Shown: positions 51,211-63,735 of the stretch, in pieces
Layout of the letters: the number at the start of each line of letters is the position of its first letter
How positions within the stretch are numbered: the first letter of the stretch is position 1
Source of the DNA: Camelus dromedarius
Lineage: Eukaryota
Assembly (NCBI RefSeq): GCF_036321535.1
Contig: NC_087436.1
Coordinates: 13,392,001-13,456,000 of the forward strand
DNA length: 64,000 nucleotides
Direction: 5' to 3'
Program-made: the position numbers and the translations under genes
The notes under the pieces: generated by a model
The model's input: the letters and a program-made list of their open reading frames with translations, nothing else
The model's database searches: none
What the model was told of the DNA's origin: nothing

Positions 51211-51839
51211 CAAACTCAGGGCAGAGTTCAGTGCATTAAGGGGTGTGACCTTCTATTTTCCAGGTGGCCAGGAGGTAGCCCCATTAGGCTGAGAGAGGTA
51301 GGAAGCAAAGTAATCAACACATCTGAAAATTATGCCTCACAAAGAACTTAGGTATAGTTACTGGCTCACAGAACTGATTAGAAGTAAGTAGAATTTTATG
51401 AAGTGTTTGAGATATTTGCATTACCAAAGAAACAACAGAGAAAAGGCCTTTGAATGTTTGAGGCTCAAATCACCCTTCCTTGCGAAGGACAAAATTTAAG
51501 AAAGCTACCCAGCCCCCAAGGAGAACACGTTCCTCAGTTCCCATTTCCTGTATTGTCAAGAGGGAAGGAGAAAAGAAAGATCTTCCAGAAGGTCAGGGCT
51601 GGGTTCATAACAATCCTGGACCTACTCTTTGATCCTGACTATGGTCTAGACCATACCAACCCTCCCGTTCCCCACACAAGGCTCCTCCAGGTCTGCCTGA
51701 AACGCCAACCTCCATATTGATTCTCTAAACCCCACCCTTCTTGAAGACCCAACCAAGACACCACCTCCACTATGAAGCCCTTTGGTCTTCAAGCTCCCGT
51801 AAACTCTGAAAAATAACTGAAAACCTCAAAAAGTTTTAA

Positions 51840-52250
51840 TTCATGTTGACTATATCTATGGATATTTACTGAATTCAAAATGGAAATGTACATTTGAAAT
51901 ATTTATTTATTTTTAATTTCTATAATAAACCATTAGATGTTAACCTAAATGACATTACTGATGAAACTTTAACTGTCTTTGTCAAAGCAAAAGAAAATGA
52001 GTGAGAAAAGTGGCATTGTTTTCATGTTTGCAAGTCTCTTTAATGTCTGACTTAATCAAAAGCAGCCGACTTTTCACATCTGCTTCTGCCCTCAATCTGT
52101 GTGATAACACATGTTGGGCAGCCACGGGAAAACTCCACTGTACACTCGTGTACAAGGGGACTTAAAAGGGCAAATTATGCCTTGGAACTATAGGGCCTTC
52201 TGTAAATGGTTTTGACCTCAGGAACCCTTGAGAATATGTAAAATATATTG
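51840..52250. mobile_element. hAT-Charlie (Charlie1-like) fragment
   Basis: AGTGAGAAAAGTGGCATTGTTTTCATGTTTGCAAGTCTCTTTAATGTCTGACTTAAT...ATCTGCTTCTGC. Confidence 0.65.
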
Positions 52251-52367
52251 AGCACAATTTTTAAGCTAATATGTTCATGGATTCTATGTCCAGAGCACCA
52301 GTTCTCTATTTCACCCAATTTGAATGTCTCAGGGGTGACTGAAGTGTCTTTTTTAATGTAGAGAATC

Positions 52368-53630
52368 TGAAACGGAGAAGGACCCTGTGGGGTCCTTCCT
52401 GGTGATACAGGAAAAACGAATGTGGGGCTAGAGGAGGGCTGTGTCCCAGGTCTTGGTTGAGCCCCTGGGACGTGCCCCGCCAAGTGTGGGTCCTTGGCTT
52501 CATGCAGGAAAGAATTTGAGTGTAAGCGACAGTTGAATAAAGGCAGATTTATTTAGAGAAATAAGTACAGCATAGAGTGTAGGCTGTCTCAAAGGCAAGA
52601 GAAAGGCCATGAAGTGTGGGAGTTGGGTGCTCAGGTTAAAGTAAAAGTAGATACACACTCCGTAGACAGAGTGCAGGCCGTCTCTGAAGATGAGGAGCGA
52701 AAGAGGCCTCTGCGAGGTGTGGTGCTGCCATTTCTTATGGGCTTGGTAGCTTCATGTGCTAACAAGTGGGAGGATCATTCCAACCACCCTGGAGAAGAGG
52801 CTGGGATTCCCAGGAATTTGGCCACTGCCCACTCTTTGACATTTTGTGGTTAACCTTGGAACTATCAGGGCGCCTGTGGGCATGTTATTTACCATGTTAA
52901 TGTATTACACTGAACATACAATGAAGCTCAAGTTCTGCTAGAAGTCAGATCTCCCACCATCTTGGGCCTCAAGACCTACTGGGAATTGAATCTTCTGCCT
53001 TTTTGGTGTTAACTGCTGTGTCATTCCTTGAATGGCTGTGCCCTGCCCCCTTCCTCCCTGTCTCACTGGTACAGATCCTTTGTGTGTCCCCTGTTTCTTG
53101 TTTGTAGGAAATAGGCTTCACTCAGCCTCCTTGACCTTCCCTGAGTTCCACAGGGCAGATTCATTCAATTGCTCATCAGAGAAGGGAGGGAAGGCAGAAA
53201 CAAAGAAGGGGCAGTCAAGAAACAACAGTGCAGCCTCAGGGCAGGTCCCGGTTCCTCCTCAAAGAATATACATAACAATACCGTTGAGTCCTTCTGTAGG
53301 AACTAAGGCTCCCACCCAGGCAGAGGATTGTTACTTCCAGCAGAGCACAAGATTCCAGGAGCATCGCCCTGCTACCTCACCACCAGCCAATCAGGAGAAA
53401 GTTTGCCCACAGTGAAAAGACAAAAAGACTCTGACCCCCTCCTCAAATGATTCTCCCTTTTAAAATTTTCATGATCAAGCAGAATCTTTGGAGTTGGTTT
53501 TTGGACACAAGACTGTCATCTCCCCAGGTTGCCAGACTCTTAAATAAAGCAACTTTCCCTTTCCAGCCAACACTCATCTCTTGAGTATTGGCTTTCGGGC
53601 CATGAGCAGCCAAACCTGAGTCTGGTAACA
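52368..53630 (+). mobile_element. Solo ERV1-class LTR (outer; 52368-52402 + 53066-53630)
   Basis: TG...CA termini, 4-bp TSD AATC/GATC, AATAAA at ~53544 ahead of a typical U5 (CTCTTGAGTATTGGCTTTCGGGC...GGTAACA). Confidence 0.75.
52403..53065 (-). mobile_element. Solo ERV1-class LTR nested in opposite orientation
   Basis: TGATAC...GTCTCA termini, perfect 4-bp TSD CTGG (52399-52402 / 53066-53069), minus-strand AATAAA at ~52548-52553. Confidence 0.8.
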
Positions 53631-55279
53631 GATCAATTAATCGTGAGCGAGCACTCCCCCACCCTTCCCAACTCTGTGACAGGGGCTATGCCTCCTGTCA
53701 TGTATTTTGAGGCTACTGTATCATCACGTGTGTGTGCATGTAATTTGTATCTACACATTGTGTGTCTGTGCGTGTGCACCTTCAATAAAGAGTCCAAATA
53801 CAAAATGATAAGGACTTGGGCTTCTTTCCTTAGTAAAACGAAATGACTGAAGGATCAAAACTTTGGATGCCTTTATTGGCATCATCTTCACAAAGGGTGA
53901 CTAAAATAATGTGGCATAAAAGATATATGATGTAGAAATTCTCCTGTTTTCATTGGTGACTCAATCAAACATGACCTTTCCTTTCACCTTCATTAATTTG
54001 AACATGGACCATGTCATTTCAAAAGTTATCTTCAGAAGGATAGTTTGAAGCAGGATCTAGTAACTGAAACCTGTGTTTGAATATGTTGAATGAATCTGTG
54101 TTTCAGGATACACGGATTCTTTGGGTACTAATCTACTCCAGCTCCTCCTGGTCTGTGCGTGAAATATGCAGCACATTCCTTTGGGGTCTCTTGGAAAATT
54201 CGTTCCTTATGAGAAACTTGGAACCTAGCATTTACCAAATACAACATTCAAAGAAAAATGCCTTATTATCAATAAAAATCATTGTTACCTTAACTTTACT
54301 TCATATGGTGATTAAGATTCATTCTCAAATGTCTAGAGTCTAGAGCCAAAAGAAACTCAGAAGATAATGGAAGATCAAAAAAATGCAGGATCAAGATTCA
54401 GTGTTATCTCCCCCGAACAACTTTATTTTCAGTACCTCCCCCTCAGCTCCACACACACCACCCCCAGCAATGAGTCTGATACCAAATAAACAAAAGGCAG
54501 CAGAAACTAAAGTCAGGACCTATGGCGCGGAGTGGAACGTTAGGGAGCCCTGTAGCTTGATTTTTCAGTGCTTATACACAACGTTGTAACTCTGTCAGTT
54601 CAAGAAATCTTACTTAAGTCAGAGCAGAGGTTGCCTCCTACAGCCAGCTCCAGGATGGAACCCTTTCTGTCCTCCCAGGACACTGCACACACACCTTTAG
54701 GACAACTCAGCTGTGTTTTAATGGCTAGTTTAGGATCCTAGTCTTTTCCTACCTAAACTGTGAACCCCCAAAGGGGAAAATATTTAATATAATGCCTTGC
54801 ACATAGTAAGTACTTCTTGAATTTAATTTACAATATCTTCACTAAAAATTAAAAAAAAAATAGGGCTTTAACAATTAAATGCCAAAAGACCTGACTCTAA
54901 GACTAAAGAAAATTTTCTTAAAGCATGGAATCACCATAAGAGCATAGTTATTATGGCTAAAGTCAAAATTTTAGTATACAAGAAGGGAAAGAAGATAGAT
55001 GTAGAACTTTAAAATGTATACAAGCCTAATTTTTTTAAATTGGCCAAGAAGATCCACCTTAAGAGTCCTGTAGAGTGAGGACTCCTCTGGAAAGTTGCTG
55101 AGATTTACCTCATACACTACAGTATGCCCAGTGCATGCCGGAATAGTTCCTAGGCCTGTGGTACACCCATGAGAAATACCTATTGGATGAATGCACAAAT
55201 AAACCATTTGTTTCAAAGCACTTGGTGACCATTTTGACAGAGCTTTCTGCTCTCTAAAGCTCTCACTAGAAAGCTGCAT

Positions 55280-55373
55280 AGTCCAGCACATCATAATCAC
55301 CTAGAGTGCTGGTTAAAATGCAGATGCCTGAGCCCCACCTCAGGTCCTCCAGAAAAAATAGAATCAATTAAAT

Positions 55374-55410
<37 letters not shown>

Positions 55411-56245
55411 GAGAGAGAAAGGTAGAGACAAAGATATCTATTTTCAGGAGTCGAGTCAACTCACAAGATTATGGTGGCTTGCAAGCCCAGAAGACTGGAA
55501 AGTCAGGTAAAAGTTGAATCCACAGAACAGGCCAGCAGGCTGGAAACTCAAGCACGTTTCCTCTGTTGCAGCTTTGAGGCCAGATCCTTTCTTTCGGAAA
55601 TGTTGGTCTTTGGTCTTAAGACCCTCAACTGATTGGATGCGGCCCACCCACATTATGGAGGGTTATCTGCCTTACCCAAAGTCTACTAATTTAAATGTGA
55701 ATCACAACAGAGAAAGACAACTACCGTATGATATCATTTAAATGTGGAATCTAAAAAACACAACAAACTAGTGAACACAACAAAAAAGAGGTGGACTCAC
55801 AGATATAGAGAACAAACTAGGGGTTAGCTGTGGGAAACGGGGGGGGCAAGATAGCGGTGGGGGAGCGGGAAGTACAAACTATTGGGTGTAAGATGGGCTC
55901 AAGGATGTACTATACAACATGAGGAATGTAGCCAATATTTTGTGATCACTGTTAATAGAAAGTAACCCATAAATTCTTCTTTTGTTTAAAAAAAATAAAG
56001 TATTTTTTAAAATGTAAATCCGATCTTGAAAATATCTTCACAGCCAACATCTAGACTGGTGTTTGACCAAACAACTGAGCACCATAGCCTTGCCAAGTCG
56101 ACACAAAATTAATCATCATAGCCGTCATGGACACTCACCTAGAAAGTTTATCTGAAATGCAAATTTGTCTGGGGGTGAGACTCAGGAATGCGCATTTTAA
56201 ACAAGCCCTCCAAGTGATTCCGATTCAAGTGCTCTGTTGAACTAC
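55280..56245. mobile_element. Nested stack: MER5-like > MLT2 LTR (~55345-56120) > L1 3' fragment (~55705-56010)
   Basis: AATCACCTAGAG...AAAATGCAGATGCCTGAGCCCCACC resumes as CAGGAATGCGCATTTTAAACAAGCCCTCCAAGTGATTC; MLT2 motifs CAACTGATTGGATGCGGCCCACCCACATTATGGAGGG and CCAAGTCGACACAAAATTAATCATCA; L1 GGAATCTAAAAAACACAACAAACTAGTG. Confidence 0.75.
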
Positions 56246-56387
56246 AGCCAAAGAAAGACAGTAGTTTATGTGCTTCCTGGATAGCTTTTAAAGCACATGA
56301 TAATACCCACATTCTGGGATTCGAAGGCCGTAGCAGAGTGCTAATATCACTAACAGCACACTTGTCACAGTGAGATGGACACGGCTG

Positions 56388-56990
56388 GTATCAGGGTTCA
56401 GTCAGAAAAGCAAAAACCCAAAAGGTGCTCTTTCAACAGACAGAATTTAATACAGGGAGTTGTTTAAATATGGAAGGACTGAAAAAGCAAAGGGAACCCT
56501 GAGGTAACCCAGAGATGTTACTGCAGGAGGCAGTGGCCACCCCGCAGGCTGTGGGGACAAAGGGAAGCAAGTGGAATGATTAGAAACTAGAAGCCTGGAA
56601 TAGTAACCCTGCAGAGTGAGGACCCAGACCTCCAAGGAAGTGTGTTGCTTGACTAAGCGCTGGTGTCTCTGGAACTTGGAGAAGGGACCCCGTGGAGCTA
56701 GAGCCCAGATCTCTGAGGGAAAGGGCACCGACTGTCTGGAGTTCATCCCTGAGGGGCTTCAGTGAGCATGATTCTGAGAGCGGGGAAAAAACTGGACACT
56801 GGACCCAGCTGCCATTGCCAGAATGAACAAGGGACGACACTGACAGGAACAGGAGTAGACCAGAAGGAGCAAATCCTTCCCCCTCCATCCTCAAAGCTGC
56901 CCTCTAGTGCCTCCTATTGGCATAACCCAGCAGAGAGGCAGCCTGCCGAGTTCCAGCCCCCATGTCATAGGGCACAGCACAGGAGGGTAA
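56388..56990 (-). mobile_element. LTR41-like ERVL LTR
   Basis: TATCAGGGTTCAGTCAG...GAATTTAATACAGGGAG...GAACCCTGAGGTAACCCAGAGAT...TGCCCTCTAGTGCCTCCTATTGGCA. Confidence 0.6.
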
Positions 56991-57305
56991 TAGTCAATAC
57001 CTTGATAATCAAGATACTGATGCTACCAGGTGAGCACATCACCAGTCCAGCCTGAATGAGACAACAGCATCTAAAAGAGAACAGACAACCTGGGCCGTAT
57101 TTAATAAATAACCTCTCCTGCTTGGACCAGCACATCTTCTGTTTTCACAAAACGAATGCCAGACTTTCAGTCCAGTAGTCCAAAAGCATACGTCAGCTTT
57201 AGCCATTTATAAACCAGAAGACTTGATGAATTTTAAGTAAATTTAAACACAATGTGACACAGATGTGATGTCTATAAATAGCAAAGCCTGGAGATGTCCT
57301 AGAAC

Positions 57306-57492
57306 AGCGGTTCTCAAAGGGCAGTCCCTGGGCCAGCAGCATCAGCTTTACCTGGGAGCTTGTTAGAAATGCAAATTCTTGCCCCACCTCCAAACCTACT
57401 GAATCAGAAACTCTGGGGACAGGACCCAGCAACCTGTGTTTGAAGAAACCCTCCAGGTGATTCTGATGCACACGACAGTCTGTGATCCACTG
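57306..57492 (+). mobile_element. MER5A (hAT-Charlie MITE), full length
   Basis: CAGCGGTTCTCAAAG...CCTGGGAGCTTGTTAGAAATGCAAATTCT...CCCTCCAGGTGATTCTGATGC...CCACTG; CTAG-containing 8-bp flanks. Confidence 0.9.
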
Positions 57493-58084
57493 TTCTAGTG
57501 CGTTTAATAGCTTAATTCATCAAATTTCTGAATTGAAGCGTCTTTGTTTACCTGATATAAGGTTTCCATATGACTTCTCTGGTTTTCATCTATCATCATT
57601 TTCCTGCTACAATCGATTGATCACTTGTCAAAGCCAAGCAGAGCATAAATTATAACAGGTCTCTGTTTCTTTGGGCACATGCAAATATCTTGCTTGTCTG
57701 TATTTATAATTTTTTTCAGACTTGCCCTGTAGAATAAGGGCCAGATTTAGAAAAAAACAAAGTACACTATTTTCCATTTTATTTTTAGTCATAAGCTAAG
57801 TAATTAAGTCTTTTCTGGTTCCTGAAGCAATCCCACTTTCCAGAGAACTTGAAAATGAACGAAGAAAATTCAGTTAATCGGCGTGGACAGAAGGGAATCC
57901 ACTTACTAAAATTAAAGTCCTGGAGAGGTCACAGCATAGAACCAGGCTTAGAAGGATTAAACGCATTATTGTGCTTCCTTTCTCCAACTATGCATGTTAT
58001 TTTCCATATTAATGTTTTTCTCCAGAGTTATACCAGGAAGGGAAGATCTGACATGGGAAGATGTGAGGATAAACTTAAGCCCCA

Positions 58085-58350
58085 AATCAGAACTTACAGA
58101 CTGGTGCCCAGAGGCCAGGTTCTGCCAACAGACATACCTTGTTTGACTCATATGCTGTTTTTGTTTAATATTTGCCAACCTTTGAAAACTGGAAGATTTC
58201 ACACGAAAATCCAGAATTCTGGCTTCCCTTGACCTAGCCACGCTGGACCTCCGGTCTTCCATGACAAGTATGGCGGGAGCCCTGAGGCAGCTGCTGCCTT
58301 CTGAGGACACAGACTCTCCAGACGGCCAAGGCCCTCCACCCACCTCCTGC
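58085..58350. mobile_element. MER102-like hAT fragment
   Basis: ATTTCACACGAAAATCCAGAATTCTGGCTTCCCTTGA motif. Confidence 0.45.
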
Positions 58351-58984
58351 CACTCACACTAGACTGTGTTCTGCCTTACATCCCACCCAAAGGGTTTCCA
58401 GGTTGGGAGGGGGGTGTCCTCTGTCCCTTTGGATGCCAAAAAAGAAAGTTTCCCTCTACAGACAAGGCCTATCCAAACGGCTTCATTGGAGTGATGTCCA
58501 CCATTTTGGAAGTCCTACTGGTTCACCTGGACCCTTGCCTCTCATCAGCCCCCCTGCTTTACCTGAATGCCCCCCTTTCATCCCCCCAGCTCATCCCCTC
58601 TCCTTTTGCTTTTGGAGAATTGATAGTCGTGTACCTGGCTGATGTCACTCAGGGGCCCCCAGTCACCAAATCTGGTGGACTTGTTTCAGTCTGGATCCTG
58701 ATCCCACCATCCCTGTGGGTCTTTTCTTAACCTCCCTCATCTTCCAAGGGTCGTTCAGGCCTCACCCCCAACTCAGAACCTCACCAGGGCCCTCAGCTGG
58801 GTTGAACACCCTCTGTTGAGCTGGGGCTCTCCTGTCATCTTGTTCTTGTCTCTGTCATCTCATTCCAAACATCATATCACACCTCTTGCTTATGCATCTG
58901 TCTTCCCCACGGGCAAAGACTGGACCTCATTCACCCCTCTGTGTACAGTGATGGACATACAATAAGTATTTGACACAAATGTAA

Positions 58985-59180
58985 AAAACGAGTTTCTTCT
59001 GTATAGCACAGGGAACTATATTCAATATCTTGTGCCAACCTTTAATGAAAAAGAATATGAAAAATAATGTATGTATGGATATGTATGACTGGGACGTTAT
59101 GCTATACACAGGAAATTGACACATTATAACCAACTATACTTCAATAAAAATAAAAACAAAAATAAAAATAAAAAAGAAAC
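58985..59180 (+). mobile_element. L1 3'UTR tail
   Basis: TTTCTTCTGTATAGCACAGGGAACTATATTCAATATCTTG...TATACTTCAATAAAAATAAAAAC. Confidence 0.9.
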
Positions 59181-60522
59181 AAATGGATGAATGATTAAAT
59201 GAACCAAGAATTAAAATACAGGAAAATTATAATATTTGATGATACGGAACTTGATCTCCAATATCTCTCAGCTCCTAAATGTCAGTGCTGGAAACAATTA
59301 CATTAATCATTAGGTAATCTGGCCTCAACTTGCTCAGATGCGGAAGGGCACAGCATTCAGTGCCCCCCACTGGGTTCAGCAGGCTGTCCGGAAAGGGCGG
59401 GGCTGAGTACCATGATCACTGTGCCAATGGGGGGACACCAGGGTTGGCTTCAACCTCAGCTCTACCAAAATCAGCCGCCCTGCCTGAGCATCTAGTCCGC
59501 AGAATGTAACTGTTGGCCTGGTGTCTTCCAAAAGCCTTCTCCTCCCTCAAGACACTTGGGGCAGAGAGCTGAGAGATGAAAAGATTTGAGAATCCAGGGA
59601 GGAGTCTGACATCCTGACTTCTGGCAGCTCCCATGCCTTGTTTCCATCCAGCCCGCCTAGCGCTGAATCAGCGATGAGTGCTAGGAAGCCACTCCGCATC
59701 CTTGAAACCTCTCTACCACATGGTTTTCTCAGAGCGCCATGCACACTGTCTCGGTGGCGTACATTTGCATGGGGAATTTTCTGGATGCAATTATCCTTTG
59801 CAACTAATGAAGTCAGATGTAATCACAGATGTACTGTGAGCACTTTGCATCTAGGCTGATACGTGTGTGGCTCTCTGGAATGCCAGATCTCAGAGCTGTT
59901 TACCTCTTCCACCCACATGTTGGTACTGGGGTCGGCACTGCACAGGATGAGAGCCTTCTGGGGCACCACAATCACGCTCTTTGGGGGGCCTGTCTGCCTC
60001 CTGGGGCTCCCTGCTCTTAGCTCCCAGCTGCAGTTTGGACCTTCTCCCGAGCAGCGTACAATAGATCATTCAGCCCAACCAAAGCCCCTGGTCGCCACCC
60101 CGAACCCACAGTCTAGTGACCTGACTCTGAATTCAGTCTGTTCGTCTACCGATTTCAACAAGGAGCAGAGATTTACAGACAGAGCCCTCAATCAAAAATT
60201 TCAGAAAGAACCCACTTAGTCTTGGACAACTTCACATTCTCTACCATAAGCACACATAATTTAAAAAAAAAAAAAAAACAGAAAAACCATACAATAAAGG
60301 TCATATAAAGTCTGGAGGAGGGGAGAGCCTTCCTTGCGAGACCCCGCCTGGTGGGAACTCTGGAGGCACATGAGGACTTACCCTGGGGTACATGGACTCA
60401 TGGAAATTTGAAGAGAATTCACTTCTTGAAACTCAGCTTCCTATATCAGGTTCTTACTGAAAACTGTGCCTGAAGATGTGTGTATTCACTGTATGCAAGC
60501 TATGTCTCAGCATAAAAAAATG

Positions 60523-60691
60523 CCAACTGTTATTTTCTGAACCCTCTTCAACAATTCTTAAAAAGAATTAAACAAGTTTAATTTTTATAAATTATAAATT
60601 ATAACATTATAAATTATAAAATTACACAATTTAAATAAATTTAAAATTTATTTTAAAAATTGATGAACAGGGTTCAGAAAATTACAGCTGG
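60523..60691. repeat. AT-rich palindrome: 41-bp inverted arms around a (TTATAAA)n-like centre
   Basis: 60523-60563 vs reverse complement of 60651-60691: 36/41 identical. Confidence 0.88.
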
Positions 60692-61369
60692 AGGACCGCC
60701 TGCCTAGGGTTTCTCTGGGCTCTGAGGCAGCACAAAGTGTCCTCAGCGCCTGGCACAGGTGTATCCGTCAGAAAGGTGTACAAGTCTTACCCCGAGCACA
60801 CCTGTGAGGCCGTCTAGCCTACGAGGACAGTATCCCCTCACAGACAAGCCAAGCAGTTTGCTCTCATGCTGCGCATCAAATGAACAAGGTGGACCAAGAG
60901 ATTCGGCGCAGACAGGTGAGAAGGAAGTCGGCAAACCTGCCTCAGAGGACCGTCCCCCTGGATGGCTAACACCTGGAAACAGTTGAGACCCCTGGGACAA
61001 ACCAGCCAGGGGAGGGAGAGGTCTCACAGAGGACCAGGGAGGGGGAGGGTCCAGCCCGAAGAACCCTGAGGACAGAGCAGCCCACAGGACAGTTAGCGCA
61101 GCATCCAGAAAAAACTGGACGGAAGAACCGCTCCAGCAAAGGAGCCCGGGGATATGGGACTGGGACCCGTGGCCAGCGGGGGCCAGGTTGCTGAAGGCAT
61201 GGAGCCCAGAGGCAGAGTCCTGCAGCCGGGAAGTTCTGGAAAGGGCTATAGGTAGGGACGTGACAGTGACATGGGGTGGGAGAACAGCATGCGAGCAGGA
61301 GCACCCACCCTGACCTGGGATAGCCGGGACCGGGGTTCCAGCTCCGCCCACCTGCTGTGGGAACTGAAG

Positions 61370-61510
61370 CAGTCAAGTCCATGGTGCCTCAACTTCCTTC
61401 CCTGTAAAATGGGCTTCGTGGTAGTAGTCCTCTGACAGACTGTTGTGAGAACTAACCAGTCATTCAGGGGAAGCAATTACCACAGCGTGTGGCAGGCACA
61501 CGATGAGAGG
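61370..61510 (+). mobile_element. MIR fragment
   Basis: GTGCCTCAACTTCCTTCCCTGTAAAATGGG...CTGTTGTGAGAACTAA. Confidence 0.7.
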
Positions 61511-62559
61511 CCAGCTGTCAAAATTCAGATTATCTGTTCCCAATCCTTTCAGGCAGAGGAAAATGTCAAGTCAAAGCTGTGGAGCTTTTTCAAGGGGTTC
61601 CTACCCTTCTCTTTCCCAGGACACCAAGTGGGCCAGTCAGCAGCGGACCCTCAAAGATGGTGACTTGCCTAAGGAGCGGGTTGTGGACCAGAGGGCACCA
61701 GGGACTCAGAGGACAACCAACACCCCAGAAGTGGATGAGACAGCTCCTGTTGTGTTCAGTGGGAATGCCTCACTGGGCCAAGACGAATTCATTCAGATAC
61801 TTTTTTCTGCGAATTCAGTCCTTCACTAAGCATGTGCTAAGCATGGATCACATGCCAAGCACTGTGTGAAGGGTGCAGGTTGTAAAGATTTTTAAAGCAC
61901 GTACATGTGCATGCACACGTGCACACACACACACACACAGCTCCTGCCTTCAAGAAGAGTGCAGTTTAACGGTGTATGAGTCAAGACAGACGTTAACAGA
62001 TTGACTCTTGAGACTTCAGAAGTCAAACATGCTAAAGGTTTATTTTTCCCTCCTGTCTGCAGGTGGGAAGGGGCTTGTGGCGGGGCGGAAGGACCCAGGG
62101 ACCTAGACTGATAGATGCCCAACTCACAACCCTCGGCTAAGTTAACCTTATCTTTTTTTCCAATTCTCATCTGATAGAAAAGCGTCTTTGGTAACTGCTA
62201 AAACTTAGGAAATTGTTTTTTGTGAATGATGGAAATCTCTGAGATGCTAACTGATGCAGCACGCAACCATCATGAGCATTTCTAGGTCAAGTCACCGGGA
62301 CAGGGACACTCATTTCTCCCTTCTGGTAGGTTTTAGCTAAAATTCCAGTGATTATTAAGTTGAAAAGGCAGAGCAGTAATGTTTTAAAAATAAAGAAAAT
62401 TCAGATCAAAATATGACTTTAATAATCTAGTAATCAAGGCCACGTACTTCTTACCTTCTAAAAAAAATATTGTTACTGTCAACCACAAAGTGACAATACA
62501 CAATGCCACAGCATGGCTCTTTGACCTCATGGAATCACCATTAACTTCACACAGAAAGT

Positions 62560-63400
62560 CCCAAAGAAGAAAGTGAAATCCACTGGGAGATGCGCCCAGC
62601 CTTTTCCCTTCCCCAGTACTTCCTGCTCCTGCTGCTTCACCAACCAGCTCCCCACGATACCATCTTCTCATCTCTCCTCCTGGGACCACAAGTGCCCTCC
62701 ATCCTCAACCACCTGAGTGGCCCCTCAACCTCCTCATCTTGAGAGAAGCCTGGCTGTCCTTGAGGACATGGCTTCCTCTGCCCCCCTCCCTCTGGTAGAG
62801 GCTGACATTCTTCCAGCACCTTTAAGGACAAGGCTGGGAGACAGCATGAGTCTTATTTCTTATTCCCCATTACACCTTCCAGATCATTTCTCCCCCAGTT
62901 TTCTGGGAAAACCGCACACTGCTCCAATGTTGCCACCTTTACCTGCCATACTTTCCCAGTCATTCCTCTCATTCATTTAACACTTTCGTACCTGTTCTCT
63001 GCAAAAACTCATAGCCGAGTCTCTCAGTTTCTTGATCTGCCTACTCCTTGGGGTTGAAGAGGTGATGAGAGATTTTACAGATTATCAAATCTTGAGTAGG
63101 CAGACATACTAATGTAGAATAACTATCTTTATTTGTGATCATGCCATTTCTGAAATATTAAACTCTAACTTCTGCCCTAGTTCTCTCGCTGAGTTCTTCC
63201 CCGCACTCCTACCTATCAGCCCCATCTGACTGTCGCTACACACAGCCAGCCTCGATTCTGTCATCTGATCACTCTCTCACCAGTATCATCAACCTATTTG
63301 CCCAACTGGTCTTCCATCACATCTCCCTGGAAAAACCTGGATCTGTGCACATCCAACTTTCCACCTTCTCCATGCCACATCTGTGCTGCTTAGCACTAGC
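62560..63400 (+). mobile_element. Degraded L2 fragment
   Basis: Pyrimidine-rich L2 ORF2-like sequence (CTCATCTTGAGAGAAGCCTGGCTGTCC..., ACCTGGATCTGTGC...CCACCTTCTCCATGCC). Confidence 0.45.
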
Positions 63401-63419
63401 TAAGGACCCAAATGGTAAA

Positions 63420-63420
63420 A

Positions 63421-63457
<37 letters not shown>
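63420..63457. repeat. (AAT)n microsatellite
   Basis: Read directly. Confidence 0.95.
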
Positions 63458-63458
<1 letters not shown>

Positions 63459-63484
63459 CAATAATGGAAAATATTCAACAATAT

Positions 63485-63735
63485 TAATTCTTCCAATACA
63501 AGAACAAATGGTATATCTTTCCATCTGTTTGTGTCATCTTCCGTTCTTTCGTCAATGTCCTATAATTTTCTGAGTACAGGTCTTTGGCCCTTAGGTTTAT
63601 TCCTAGGTATTTTATTCTTGTCAGTGTAATGGTAAATGGGATTGTTTCCTTAATTTCTGCGTCTGATAGTGAATAGAAATGCAACAGATTTCTGCATATT
63701 AATTCTGTATTTTGTGAATCTATTGAATTCATTGG
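63485..63735 (-). mobile_element. L1 ORF2 RT-region fragment
   Basis: Minus ORF EIKETIPFTITLTRIKYLGINL..KDLYSENYRTL is an L1 RT-region peptide. Confidence 0.9.

Noticed and set aside
50859..51351. Low-complexity ORFs (PSFL / EGRK repeats)
   Set aside because: Translations of the GGAA microsatellite.
52684..52715. CTGAAGA...GAAA hammerhead-like motif within the inner LTR
   Set aside because: The intervening TGAGGAGC cannot form stem II.
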